Of a stretch of 64,000 nucleotides of DNA, positions 1-12,525 are shown one piece after another. The position numbers and the translations under genes are program-made. Below the pieces are notes generated by a model that was not told where the DNA came from, ran no database searches, and was given only the letters and a program-made list of their open reading frames with translations. Source of the stretch: Polymyxa betae A26-41 (taxonomy: Eukaryota; Protista; Endomyxa: Phytomyxea). The stretch lies in the NCBI GenBank assembly GCA_003693705.1, contig RBZT01000404.1, forward strand, positions 70,115 through 134,114. The letters are read 5' to 3'. Position 1 is the stretch's first letter. Every line of letters starts with the position of its first letter.

Positions 1-191
1 TTCATACATTGGACTTCGACAGAATCGGTCTTGAACACCTGATGCAGACCAGAGCCTTGCCAATCATAGAATGTTTTCCCATCACACATCAGGTAGTGTG
101 GATCACCGGTTCCGATACACATGCAATCGGCTGAAACCAGAGCCGGCAACAGCAGAATTAAACAGATTCCAGTAACCGTGGTCAGGAACAT
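1..191 (-). CDS. 5' part of a secreted von Willebrand factor type D (VWD) domain protein, running off the left edge
   Basis: Manual translation from ATG 191: MFLTTVTGICLILLLPALVSA (signal peptide) then DCMCIGTGDPHYLMCDGKTFYDWQGSG, matching the VWD signature C-x-x-x-GDPHYxTFDGxxYDFQG. Not in the ORF track because it is truncated. Confidence 0.8.
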   Translation of the reverse strand, partial: MFLTTVTGICLILLLPALVSADCMCIGTGDPHYLMCDGKTFYDWQGSGLHQVFKTDSVEVQCM

Positions 192-381
192 AATTATAGA
201 TTAAATTTGATGTTAACTTAGTATAGAAATGAATAATGACGGTGGTGAGCAAGTCAATCACACGTGACGACACTGTGGGTGTTGCATGACTCAATCAACT
301 TCTCAATGCTAGTGTTGAATGATTTGTCTTTTATCCACAGGGATCTGCCAATACGACTATAGATGCAGAAATCCTAAACAT

Positions 382-760
382 TTACACGACATTCCAAACA
401 GTGTTTTCGACAAATTCGTGCTTGTGGAGCACGCTCGTTATTGATGACAAACATTGTTGTGAGCTAAGAAGCTCGGTTGGTGGCAGCCAGTTGTTTAGAT
501 GTAGAAGCCATTGGTACTGATTCCGCTGACAAGAAAATAGGGTAGGACGTTCGATCACTGTCTCTTGATCGACTGGATCTGCAATAGAATTCTGGACATC
601 GTTCCAAACAACGCATGTTTCATTCGATTTCATTTTTGGCGTTTAAAAAAACCCTCCCAGTTTCCATCAAGTAACGTTGCTTCTTCAGAATGCTGAAAGC
701 ATTTTGAAATTGTGAGTACCTTCCCGGTGAATAAAGCTCAAACAATAGCCGTGAGAGAGC
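382..760 (-). pseudogene. Possible decayed MULE (Mutator-like) transposase fragment
   Basis: Broken frames give NWEGFLNA..WNDVQNS and LNNWLPPTE, resembling the WxxFxxxWN...YLxxxWLxP stretch of MULE transposases; stops and frameshifts present. Confidence 0.25.
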
Positions 761-1581
761 CTTTTAGAATGAAATCAGCTTTGTTTTGGCCTTTTACACG
801 TTCACTGGACCCTCTTACCTCCATATCATCCAACCATGATTCTTTGTAGATTGTTGCTGAATCATTTTCAGATTGCACCGAAGAATGGGAAATTACAAGT
901 AGAGTTATACTTCACATTTTCTGGCAATCTATCCGGAAGATTGAACTGCGGAGCGATGGCCCATTGTCTTGCGATTACAAATGCATCATTTTACTTGAAG
1001 TTAAGCTCCCTCAGCAATGTATTTTTATTACATAACAGTTTCCACATCAGTTTAATAATACATGTTCGGTTTCATTTCCAGACGCTTCCACCAAGGTGGC
1101 ACTCGAATTAGTTCGGCTTGAGATTGTTTTCCTTGCCAAAGACGTGCGCTGTGCAAACCCTTCTGGTTGGATACAGTACAGAAGGCATTTTTTCCAAAAA
1201 CAGCAGATTTTCAACATTGAATCCAATTTGCATGACAAAAGAAGTCTCGAAGCATTGCGGATCACCAGAAAAGGGCAACAATTTTGCTCAGTTTCCGGCG
1301 GTCTTTCCATGCCTTGCTCAGCTAGCAAAACTTGCTTGCATAGAAGGAACCAGAACGTGAGCTGATAGCCCAACAATTGCAAGCAAGCGTTTTCGTTGGA
1401 ATTGGTCACAATCTGGATTGTTGAAACAAGACCATTTAATTTTAATGCCAGTTAGTGTTAAAACCATCAGAATGATATGACTACTTTCAAAGCCTCTCAA
1501 ATCGCCCATCCGGTTTAGCGGAAACAAAGTGACTGGGGATCATGGTACTACTGTATTCAGCGACTGTATTAATGCCAATTT

Positions 1582-1908
1582 CCTACGCACTATAAATCCA
1601 GCGTTATCGGGCGGATTAGTGGAAGGAGGCAATCAAATCGGAGCTCGAATCGTTAGCCGAGAACAATACCTGGGTGTTAGTGAACGTACAGTATAATAAC
1701 CGGCATGTAATAGCTCGATGTGGGTATTTGCTGTCAAATACAATTAATCGGATTGTTCAGTTGAACATTTCAAAGCCCGATTAGTGGCACGGGGAGACTC
1801 TCAAATAGTTGGAGTCGATTTTAACGAAACATACGTCCTTGTTGCACCTGTCTCGTGGTTCCGGCTGTTGATTGCACTAGGTGCGAATTACGACTTTGAT
1901 CTCGAACA
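1582..1908 (+). mobile_element. Ty1/copia LTR-retrotransposon reverse transcriptase relic
   Basis: WKEAIKSELESLAENNTWVLV ... WVFAVKYN* ... FKARLVARGDSQIVGVDFNETY ... RLLIALGA are canonical copia RT N-terminal motifs; the sequence is interrupted and truncated. Confidence 0.85.
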
Positions 1909-2551
1909 GAGTTTATCGTCATTTGTCCTATCAGGAATAGGACAACATTGTTTCTTCATATATGCCATCAAAACTTTGATAACAGTGCGGCGTCATGCTA
2001 ATCGGTCGCTTTTCATTGCAGTGTTCGCATTACTTAATTGCGATGGGTGCCGGTGAGTTTATCGATGTTCGTTCATCAGTTTCGTGCACATGGCCGACTT
2101 TGAGCTGCCTCTTGTGTCAGAGAACATCGGGTGCTGTAGCCATTTCTAATCCAGATTCGATGTATCCGCAAAGCATCTGCACCTGATGGTTCGCTGTTCT
2201 ATAATGTCATGATCTCAACCACAGCGAGGAACACATTTTTTTTGGATATTTTATATATCCATGTTCGCATGCAACAAATCGACAGTCACAGAGAAGTAGG
2301 TAAACAGTTTTGCGGACAGATCAAGCTGAGGGTAGCTCAGTCCGATTAACGCATTACGCACATTCTGGGCAGAATATTCTCGACTTTGTGTGCCTTTCGT
2401 AGCTTCCGTTCGCGCGTTTCTGGTGCCCTGGCCGTGTATTCCTTAGTATCTCATCTTCCGGTTATTCTGATTCCAAATCTCTACTCCATCCTCAAATTTG
2501 GTTTATAACATATAACGTCCGTTTGTCATGACCTTGTAACCTCGTCAGACC

Positions 2552-3068
2552 TTGACTACGTTACAGAATAATATCTTCTGTGATGACCCCCCTTTATTTG
2601 ATAGTTTCAACCCAATACAGCCCAAAGATCTTCTTGCGACTGAGGGCATCGAGCGCAACATCAGGCTTCAGTTCGAGCGTCTCGACTACTCCAGGCTCTT
2701 CTTGCCGACGCTCAACAAAAGGATGGAGATGTAGGCTCTTCCAATGTGCCCTACGTGTTCGTGACAGCTCTCCGTGCAACGACGATCACAAGTCTGCTTA
2801 TATCCAAGTCATGAACATGTTCGGCTATTGGGGGCCACGGACAAAGAGACATATTACTCAGGCAAAGTTGGACAAGTACACGGGGTGGCACCACAACTTG
2901 GACGAGTTCGAGCCCGCCACCGACCTTGTGAACGAGATGCTTGTCGAGATACAGGATGACCGCGGTCACGTTCCAGCAGGCGACTTCGAGATCTCTGACA
3001 ACGATCTGATGGCGGAGGAATTGCATCTCATGGGCATCCATCTTTGTGTTCGACGACGGCTTGCCTGA
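2552..3068 (+). pseudogene. Intronless, disrupted orphan coding relic
   Basis: Two overlapping frames with C/G-ending codon bias (GAC GAG TTC GAG CCC GCC ACC GAC); no recognisable motif. Confidence 0.25.
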
Positions 3069-4978
3069 TCGGACTGAAATCGTCGTCCTTTTCGTCACCA
3101 CCCCTCTTCTTCCGTTTAGTTCTTAATTAGCTTTTCGTACTCAACGATCTGTTCTTCCCCAGTTGGTTTGCAACACCGTTCAGCACCCTGATCTGTGAAT
3201 CTCGAAATAGGCTAAAGGCTTGGTAGGGAATGTATGTCAATAGGAATACTGTATATTTCTGATGTATAATTGAATATTTGGAAAGACCAATGAGGTCAAC
3301 CGGAAACACGTTCTGCTTTAATTTATTATGAATTTTCGGTGGCATGAATTTGATCGGATCGGTGGCTGCAAGACGTTTGGTCAAATTGGGGGCGAACACT
3401 TCGAAAAGTAGATGGCAGGCGCCATCATCGGAATTTACGGTGTTTTCCCACATCAGATTGCACGTTCTATCGACGTTTTTCCTCCAGGAACTCATCTGAT
3501 CATGAATCTGTCATGAGAAACAATTTGCTTGCGACGCTTATTTTACAATGCAACATTCGGTCCATCTTTGTTGCAATGGAGAAGTGGATCGGACGCAGAT
3601 CAGTCAACAAACGGTGATTGCAATGTGCAGGAATTTGAAAAAAGTTTAGGTGGGTTGGACATACGGTGCTTTGCCGGGCTTTGAAATTGAATCACAACAG
3701 GTGTAATGGACCAGAACTATTATATATATTTATATAAAAGGATGTTTAGAATTTAAGGGTGCAAAGCTACAGAAGGAAGATACAAGGCTTGGAGAGTATC
3801 GCGATAGAAGAATACAAAAATAGGAACACACAGGAGTACGACGAGTAGACGAAGACTACGAAGGAGACAGAAACTGTGAAGACGAGGCAGAACAGAGTTT
3901 TAGTCTAAAACGGGCGTTAATTGAACTGAGCTACCCTCATTTCAATGAAGTTGATGTATTATCATGTGACAGACTGACAGCAGTAGGAACTGCAGTGCAA
4001 GCAGGCACCGCCCTGCTGAGCTGCATTCTGGGGTTGCGCTCATGAGTCATGACAACAAGTGCCCGTGAAGATGAAATGCTACTGGGAATCGCTATCAGTT
4101 TATTAGAGGAACTCAATAGAAAGCATGGCCGTCAGCGGCTATTGCAAATGAGCAGCCCGCCTGCGTTAATCGCCAGTTTCAAGGCTTGATACAGGCGGAC
4201 GAAGTAATGATTTCCTCGCAGCAACCGAACGAAGAAGCGCCTGAGCCAGCCACTATCTCGAAACCCATTGCACTCGTGTCGCTTCGGCTAGTCCTTCAAT
4301 TACTGAACCTAACACGTCTGCAGCGCAGCGGCAAGTGAAGGGCGTCAGGCAACAAGATGACTACACAAGTTTGGTTATGAATTCCAGCACCACAAACAAA
4401 GCCACAACGTTGACGTACATGAAAGACCGGATGTTGTGGCTTGTCGAAAAAATTCCTTGACCGCATGGAACAGAGGGGATAATCTAAGGCTATAAGCTTG
4501 TAAAACGAGAAGTTTTCATCGGAAAGCATGCGATTGGACTTAGCTCGAGAAAGTCGATATATCCGCAAACCACCAAATAACGCTCAACTGCTGTTTAATG
4601 TTGAAGATTTTCTCTGGATCTTTTCATTTGTTACAGGTAGGTCTAAAATTACCATACAAAGATTTTTAACAAATTTTACCAGACAAGGAATTTAACCGCC
4701 AAAATACAGTCAGAGCTTACAGGGTCAATGGTCAGAAGCTCATTATGACTGGCATGTAGAAATACAGCAACCATTTGAAGGCAGTAGTATTACAATCTCT
4801 GTTCTACGAATGCGATGACATGTTGTTGATGTTAGCAATTGGCATATGAAATAGCAGTCAGCAAACGGCGACTATTGCTACATCTTCAGCATAAAGTTTG
4901 TTGTAGGTTAGCTGTGAGACCATTTGATGACAAACCAATCTGGATCGTCAAATGAGTTGAATAATGTTTTGATAGTTT

Positions 4979-6665
4979 TTATGGATTTTGAGCGGAGGAG
5001 GATGCCTTATCGATATCGATGGAGACATCGCCTTTCGACAATACATCCCGCTCTTTCACGTTCTTTTCGAATTCAGCCCATGCTTGCTTCCCGACCGTTG
5101 TCTTCTTGAAGCGCGGCAACATATCTGATACGGTTTCAAACACATTCCATAAGAGAAGACGACTTCCCACCATCGTTCATGAGTTTCTCGATGGATCTCA
5201 TAGCAGGCACGTAGATTTTGGTTGGATCGACGATATTCTTTGCACTCCCTTCTTTCAGAAGAGCGATGTCTTTGTGGATCTGGGTGGAGATTTGATCGGG
5301 GAGGTTAACCTACCCAAATGACGCTCAACGAGCAACACGATGACAAAGCGAATTACCTGAAGCATGGAGCCATCAATAACATACTTATTGTAGATGGCCA
5401 AAGCTGCTTCTTTATGACTCATAATAGAGGCCGTATTGATGGTCTCTGTATCAGATCCAGCTTCACTATCACCTGCTGTGGTTGCGCCTGCTGGTGTTGA
5501 AGTCGATAACGACGACTTCAATAGGAATCGCTTCGAGTTCGACAACGATCTCTTCTTGGTTTTGCCGTCCGATACCAGCGTGTGAACATCCTTCCAGAAC
5601 GACAGGTTCTCGACGTTGAATTCGGTTTTCGCATGCTTGAAGAAAGCGTCGAAGTATTGCGGGTTGAGCAAGAATTGATGAATCAAGCTCTGATTCTCGG
5701 CACTGTTACTGAGAGCTTCATTAGCCATACGAACCTGTCTCGCAATCCCATAATGGAATATGATATGATATCCGAACAAGATAAACGAGGTGCTGAATGC
5801 ATAGCCACCAACGACTGGAACCATCGACAGCAATGATAAATAGATGAGATTCGTGAGGAGGAAAATGACGGAAATCTTCTTCAGACTTTGTTTGATCCCG
5901 ATCGAATCGAACACCATTTTCAGCTTGAACGCCATAATAACGGCCAGAGACCATGAGAAGGCGGTCTTCAACATGCAAATCTCCACTCTATTCTGCAGCT
6001 GAGTTCTATCAGGAACAAGTACCTCGGGATCAACTTACAAACGTTCACAATTGGGATGGTTGCCATCCCGACATTGACTAGCGGGCACCATACCAACCTC
6101 GGGATGTAGAGCGATGAATCCACAAGATGCCAACAGGATGAAGGCCAGATTAAAGCCCATGAACAGAACACAGAACTTCCTCGAGACGAACAATCGCGCT
6201 CGTCGAAGCAGTCGCTCTAGTTCGGCTAGTTTCGTCTGGTCTTGCGTATTGCATTGCTCCTGAGTAAAAGTTCAGCAAGCAGATGGGCATCGATGACGTG
6301 CTGTACCTGGGCGTTGACGATCTCGAATTTGATATAGAGGATGAACGCTTGCAGGATGAACGAATCTGTTAAGATTGAATCGGTGACAACAAGTGGCACA
6401 GCTGCCATCCACGTGATCATGGTCGGTATCAATTGAGCCATTAACACGAAGATTTGATGGATGAATATTGCTATGCCACAGGTTAACATGAGCGGGCTAT
6501 TCCACATTCTACAAATGCCATTTAAGACAACATCATCGGCTGGCAACAGATCAATACTTACTTGATGGGGTATACATGGAAATATTTATAGTAGTGATAG
6601 AGAGCATAAGGCATGTAAACAATAAGCAGAGCATTAATGATGTATAACCATTCGAGATTAATCAT
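4979..6665 (-). CDS. Multi-pass membrane RGS protein (7TM-RGS-like), multi-exon
   Basis: Hydrophobic N-terminal helices (MINLEWLYIINALLIVYMPYALY..PIK|..SPLML), then an RGS box FDAFFKHAKTEFNVENLSFW...IYNKYVIDGSMLQ|VNLPDQI...LMND|DMLPRF joined across GT-AG introns; stop at 4979. Confidence 0.8.
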
Positions 6666-7663
6666 TGCAACTATTAGTCTCTAATGGATCCCGATTCAAG
6701 ATCCGAAACAGTGAATACACGAAGGTACCGCTCGTAATGATTCTATCCCGAAAAAAAATCTGATAGATCGAATTCATCCACACGTACAATCAGGAATGTT
6801 TGACTAATGGCCTTGAAGATATTCGATGGATGATGCTCTTGGCGTACAGATAAATGGCTCATCTATTCGCTATTAGATCATTCTCTATCCATCAGATATG
6901 TTTGACAATTAGCGGAGATACACGATAAAAATAGATCTTTTGTAGTGGAATCTTTCAAAGCGATGATAAAACGGGCTTTCAATCGAAGTCAACCGGCTTT
7001 TCGGTCACTGAACCGAAAAACATTATTTAATTGGCAAATCATGTACGTAAATATGTAGTTTGTCGATTGTCTATACAAACAAGATCTGTAAAACTGTTTA
7101 AAAAAAAGTCGAGCACCGCTTGGCTGGATGTTTTTTTGTGTTTGACATTTTTATTTGCATTAGTGATTGGTGTTTACCAAATGATATCGGCGTATAGAAT
7201 GTGCCTGATAAGTTTCGGTTATCCATTCTTAGACACCAACTTCCTATCGCTCAGCAATTGCAAAAGCGTCCTATCAGATGCACAAATACATCAGCCTGAA
7301 GACATCGGATCAGAGATACCACAGAGACACAAAACTGTGTATGGATCGCATGCAGCCAAGATGGAATTTTCTAGAACTGTCCTCGCCTGGATCTCAAGAT
7401 CCGTCATGATCCCGAACTGGCTCTATCACCGACATCCCCCAGACAACAAACCACCAGATTACGAACAAAATCAAGCATGACCTTAGGACCGCCCAAGAAG
7501 CAGTTCATAATCGGTCATTTCATTGGATTTGGTTCCGATATGGCTGGTTGAAATCAGCCCCTGGAGCCGTCAGCCCAAGTCCTGTTGCTGATAGGATGCA
7601 TGCAACTTGTCGAGAATCGTAGTCGGTCACAGAAAAGCCCAGATCCTGTTTTGATCAGCGGTC

Positions 7664-10600
7664 ATGAATGGACCGGAATCAGCCGCTCTTTCGCCGCCGC
7701 CGTCGCCAGCGTTGGCATTATCGGTGCCTGATTTGCCATCATCAACCGAATTTCGAAAGGAGAAACCCAAAGCTCCAACCAGGGCGCTTTCCGTCAACAA
7801 CCGGGCGGAAAACGCTCCGAAACTGTTTCCTTCAAATGTCATCCAAACCTCGAAATACACGCTGCTGACATTTCTGCCAATCAATCTATTCGAACAGGTA
7901 AGCGCCGATCTTCCCATCGCGACAGGTCTAAAATCCCAAATCAGTTCCGTCGCATAGCAAACTTTTACTTTCTGGTGATAATCTGCATGAGCATACCGGC
8001 TGATCTGGCTCCATACCCCTGGTACACGACAGCCATGCCTTTAGTGTTCATTCTGGCCATTTCTGGTGTCAAGGACGGCTACGAGGATTTCCTGCGCCAT
8101 CGCGAAGACCGCATCGCTAACAGTCGCGTGTTCAAATCAGTCAGTGCCGATGGGACGTTGCAAACCATCAACAGCGGCGGTATCACGGTCGGTGACGTGA
8201 TTCGCGTTGAGGAAGGGCAGGAGTTCCCTGCCGACTTGATCGTTCTGCTGACATCGAAGCACGACAATACGTGCTATGTGAATACAGCGAATCTGGATGG
8301 AGAGGTGACACCGAAGCTGAGAATTGGACCGCAGCTGGGAGATCAATACAGCCCTGAACTGGATCTGGCGCTGCTCAATGGGGCCAAAGTCGAATCTGGT
8401 GATCCATGCAAGCAGCTCGATGGGTTTGAGGGCACCTTGACTCTGTCGAACGGGGCCCAACGGCCGATTGGCGATCGTCAGGTCCTGCTTCGAGGTGCGA
8501 AATTGAGAGGAACGACCTATGTGTACGCTGTGGTGTTTGCCACCGGACCAGAGACCAAGCTCATGCTGAATCGAAACCCGATTCGCTACAAATTCTCGAC
8601 GTTCGAGCGTGTCCTGAATCGATGCGTGCTGGCTTCATTGGCAATCGAACTGGCATTGTGCATTATCATGGCCGTTCTGAACCATTTCCAGCGAGTTGCG
8701 ACAATATCAGCAGCCGAAATGGCATATTTCGCCGTCGACAACAATCAGGATACATTCGCCGGTGTAAAACTGTTCATCACCAGCTTCATCCTGTATTCGT
8801 TCCTGATTCCGGTTTCACTGTTCGTGACGATCGATTTCGTGAAAATCGGCCAGGCCATGGTCATTGAAATGGACAGTGATATGTCAATCCCGGGATCGGA
8901 TGCCGATCGAGCAGAAGGGGTTCATCGCCTGTACTCGACAGTGAAATCATCGAATTTGAACGACGAATTGGGACAGATCGAGTATTTGTTCACAGATAAA
9001 ACCGGGACACTAACCTGCAACCGGATGGAGCTATCGAATGTGTCTGCAGATGGATTCATTTCGCAGAACAAACGTCTCGAGACCACAGCACTCGCTAGCG
9101 TACAGCCGCCATTGCAAACCGACCAGCATCGGTTATCGGTTGTTGCCCTGGCCGAATCGGGAAAGTCGGCGCAGGTTCTTGAAAATCTCGTCCATTGGGC
9201 GTTCAAGAACATCATTGAGAACAGATCGGTGGACAGCATGCAGCCTGTCGATGTCGAGCATCATGCACAGAATCCTCAACATAGCAACATCTCTCCCGAT
9301 GTAATCGCGGCCCTGACCGCAGCATCGCTCTCGAAATCGGAAAAGCGAGTGCAGGACATGCTGTTTTGCATGTTGGTCTGCAACGATGTTCAACCCGAAA
9401 AGAACGGCGATCGCGTCGAATTTGTATCAGCGAGTCCCGATGAGATTGCATTAGTTGAAGCTCTGGCACGTAATGGTCTACGTTTGATATCAGCGGGTCC
9501 ATCACAGCCCTGGATTATACAACTCGATGCCGCTCCAGAACACACATTCACGTTCGGGCGTATCGCCCAGTTAGATTTCTCAAGCGATCGCCGGCGAATG
9601 TCAGTCGTCGTGCAGGCCCAGGATGGCACGGCCATACTGTTCACAAAAGGAGCCAGTTCAACAATCGAACCATTCCTGAGCACCGATTCGGTCAATGAAG
9701 CGACTCTGGCTGAAACGCAAAAACATCTGACCCAGTTCGCCAAGCTCGGATCCAGAACGTTGATGATGGCGTCAAAAGTGCTAGATTCGAAACAATTGGA
9801 AGAATTCGTCACCGCTTATGAGAAAGCCACAGTTCAGCTTCAGGACCGAGAGAGAGCCATCCAAAGGGCGTTCGGAATGATCGAAAAGAATCTACAGCTG
9901 CTTGGAGCGACGTCAGTGGAAGATCAGTTGCAAGAGCACGTCCCGGAAACAATTGAACAATTACTGAAGGCGGGTATCACAATCATGATGTTAACTGGAG
10001 ATATGCAGGAGACAGCCGTTACAATAGGGCGCAAGTCTCGGATCATCAGCAAAGATTCCAAACTGGTTTTCATTCAGGCGGAAACCCCCAAACAATGTGC
10101 ATACCTCTTGTAAGATATAATTCGCTTTAGAGGCTGTGGACTAATTTTGCCAAAGAGACAGGTATATCGCTAAAGCTGATGAGAATTTACAGAAATCAAG
10201 CGACGACGCGAAGAAAGGGAAGTTGGCCATGGTTTTGAATGGAAATTCTCTCGAGATGGCCATTCAGCATCATTCCGATAAATTCCTTCGTCTATTCGCT
10301 CGCTGTGAGACCATCATCTGCAATAGAGCCACGCCTTCCCAGAAAGCGTTTGTTGTAGCGCTGGTGACATCCAGATTCAAAGGCATTACGATGGCTATTG
10401 GTGACGGTGCTAATGACGTCAGCATGATTCGAAAGGCGCATGTTGGAGTGGGATTGGTTGGACGAGAAGGCCGACAGGCTGCACAAAGCGCCGATTTCGT
10501 TTTGCATCGATTTAGTCATCTCAGGAGACTACTGTTCGTTCACGGTCGATACTCTTATCAAAGATCAGCTCGAGTGTGACTCCACGCTTTTGGCATTTCC

Positions 10601-11750
10601 TCGTTTTGAGATAATTTTGTGATTTCAGTTTTGCTGACGGCTTTGGTCTGGGATCTAATCAGATTTCATTAGGTGGTTCTATTCAGTTTCTTCAAAAACT
10701 TCCTCTACCCATTGCCGCTCTTCTGGTATTCTTGCTTCTCGCAGTTCTCTGGGCAATCGATTTACGATAGTCTGATTATCACCAACTTCAACATGTTTTT
10801 CTCTTCGCTCCCACCACTCATAGCAGGTGTACTTGAAAAGGACGTGATTGAGAACGCCTTGCTCAAACATCCGGTCGCTTATAAGCGATTTCGAGAGAAT
10901 CCCACTTTCACGCTACCCATCTTCTTATCCTGGATGGCTCTTGGAACTTATCAATCTTTGGGTAGGTTTGATTCCAGTCCTGCAAATCGGTCTAATTGAA
11001 TGTGATAGTAATCTATTTCGTTGGGCATGCCTTCTTTTATCCCAGCGAAGGATCTTTATCTTCGAGTGATGGCATCATTTTGGACATGTGGACGTTCGGC
11101 ACCTGGATCGGAAGTGTTGCCATCATCAACGTCAACTTATCATTTTTGATTCGGACCACGAATCTGACGATGGCCACCATCATTTGCTCTCTTGCTGGAA
11201 TATTCTTCTATCTCGTATTTTTAGCAGGATATTGCTCTTGGTTCCCAAAAATTGCTCCAAATATGTATGGAATGAATCCGTATATATTTGGCACACCAAC
11301 CGCCTATTTGTACTATTTCATTTCCCTTACACTTTGCCTTGTGCCCATACTCGTCTCCAATCTGTAAGCTTTACCAACACATGTGTTTTACTTGCTAAGA
11401 GCAAGTTGCAGAATCGCTAGAGAATACTACCCAACGTATGGGACAATACTTTCAGATCACTGCACGGATGAAAACCATTCGTCGAAACCAGGCGACATCA
11501 AGTGCTGCCTGACTGATCATGTTGATGCCGCTACAGATTACAGAGCACAATCTTCATCAGAAGAAGGCGACAAACCCCCAGAAAGGAAGCTATCACTTCA
11601 AAGATCAAGGTCACGAAGTGAAGGTAGCCACTGTTTAATCTGTTACACTATGAAAATGATCTGAAATTCCGCTTAGGGCAACCTCCACCTCAGTTACAAG
11701 TTAAAATAGATTTCAATCCAGTCGATTCTCCTCCAATACCAATACAATGA
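7664..11750 (+). CDS. P4-type phospholipid-translocating ATPase (flippase), multi-exon
   Basis: TSKYTLLTFLP, NLDGE, LLRG, DKTGTLT (phospho-Asp), SPDE, FSSDRRRMS, KGA, LTGD, GDGANDVSMI, LLFVHGRYSY, FFKN and C-terminal TM helices. Confidence 0.95.
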
Positions 11751-11881
11751 TCTATCAAAGGCAACGCTTCTGTCATCTAAGTATACACAGCAATGTGAAA
11801 ATATAAATTTATCCAATTCAATTTTAGACGCTTGGGTTTACATTGAGATCAATGTATTAGCAACCACAGATGCATAGACCT

Positions 11882-12290
11882 TTATTTCTCAGACTTCCAC
11901 TTGTTCAAGGCTTCTTTCAAAGCAGGCGATAGGTTGGTGCTGTGATCATGAAAAATTTTCTCCAAAGCATCGTTTGGTTGCTGCTTGGACAATTTTTGAA
12001 GAAGCGTCTTAAGCGCTTCTCGATCGTGACGGTTGATATACTACAAGAAATTAGCATTGCTAACACGATGTAAAGTCTCTCAAATGTAAACCGGCTTCAA
12101 GGTCATAGAAATACCACTCATAAGCGTCCAGAAATTGCTCATCAAATGGAAACAGAAATCTCAACCCTACATCTTGTTCAGCTGCACTATCTTTCTTTTT
12201 TAAGGTGTCGCTGCTCATCGAGCGCTTTGACAAAGTACGCTGAGCATGAAGTCTTGCCGAGCTGATCGCCAGACGACGCGTCGCGAACAT
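11882..12290 (-). CDS. Mitochondrial F1Fo-ATPase inhibitor IF1-like protein (2 exons)
   Basis: Arg/Ser-rich presequence MFATRRLAISSARLHAQRTLSKRSMS, then KKKDSAAEQD|YINRHDREALKTLLQKL (IF1 core) and a C-terminal ...EALNKWK as in plant/algal IF1. Confidence 0.75.
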
Positions 12291-12525
12291 TGTGCAGACT
12301 GAGATATGCAAGATGATTGGTAGAAATTGAAATGATAACTGATGGTTCAAACTATGACGGGATCAAACGATTGTAACCTTTGTCTTTGAGTGGCGCGGAA
12401 CCCCCCTTTAAGACTTGAGGGCTGCACAAATTCCAATCGTTGTCCTCGATGACAAATTGCAATAGAGGATGAATTTTATATAATAGTTATGTTTGCGCTT
12501 CGATTAAGTTACGTTTGCGCTTCGA

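Noticed and set aside
3742-3970. Possible solo LTR (TG...CA, purine-rich)
   Set aside because: No target-site duplication and no second copy in the window.
7031-7480. 149-aa ORF upstream of the P4-ATPase
   Set aside because: Non-ATG start, runs through A/T homopolymers and has no motif; probably promoter or UTR.
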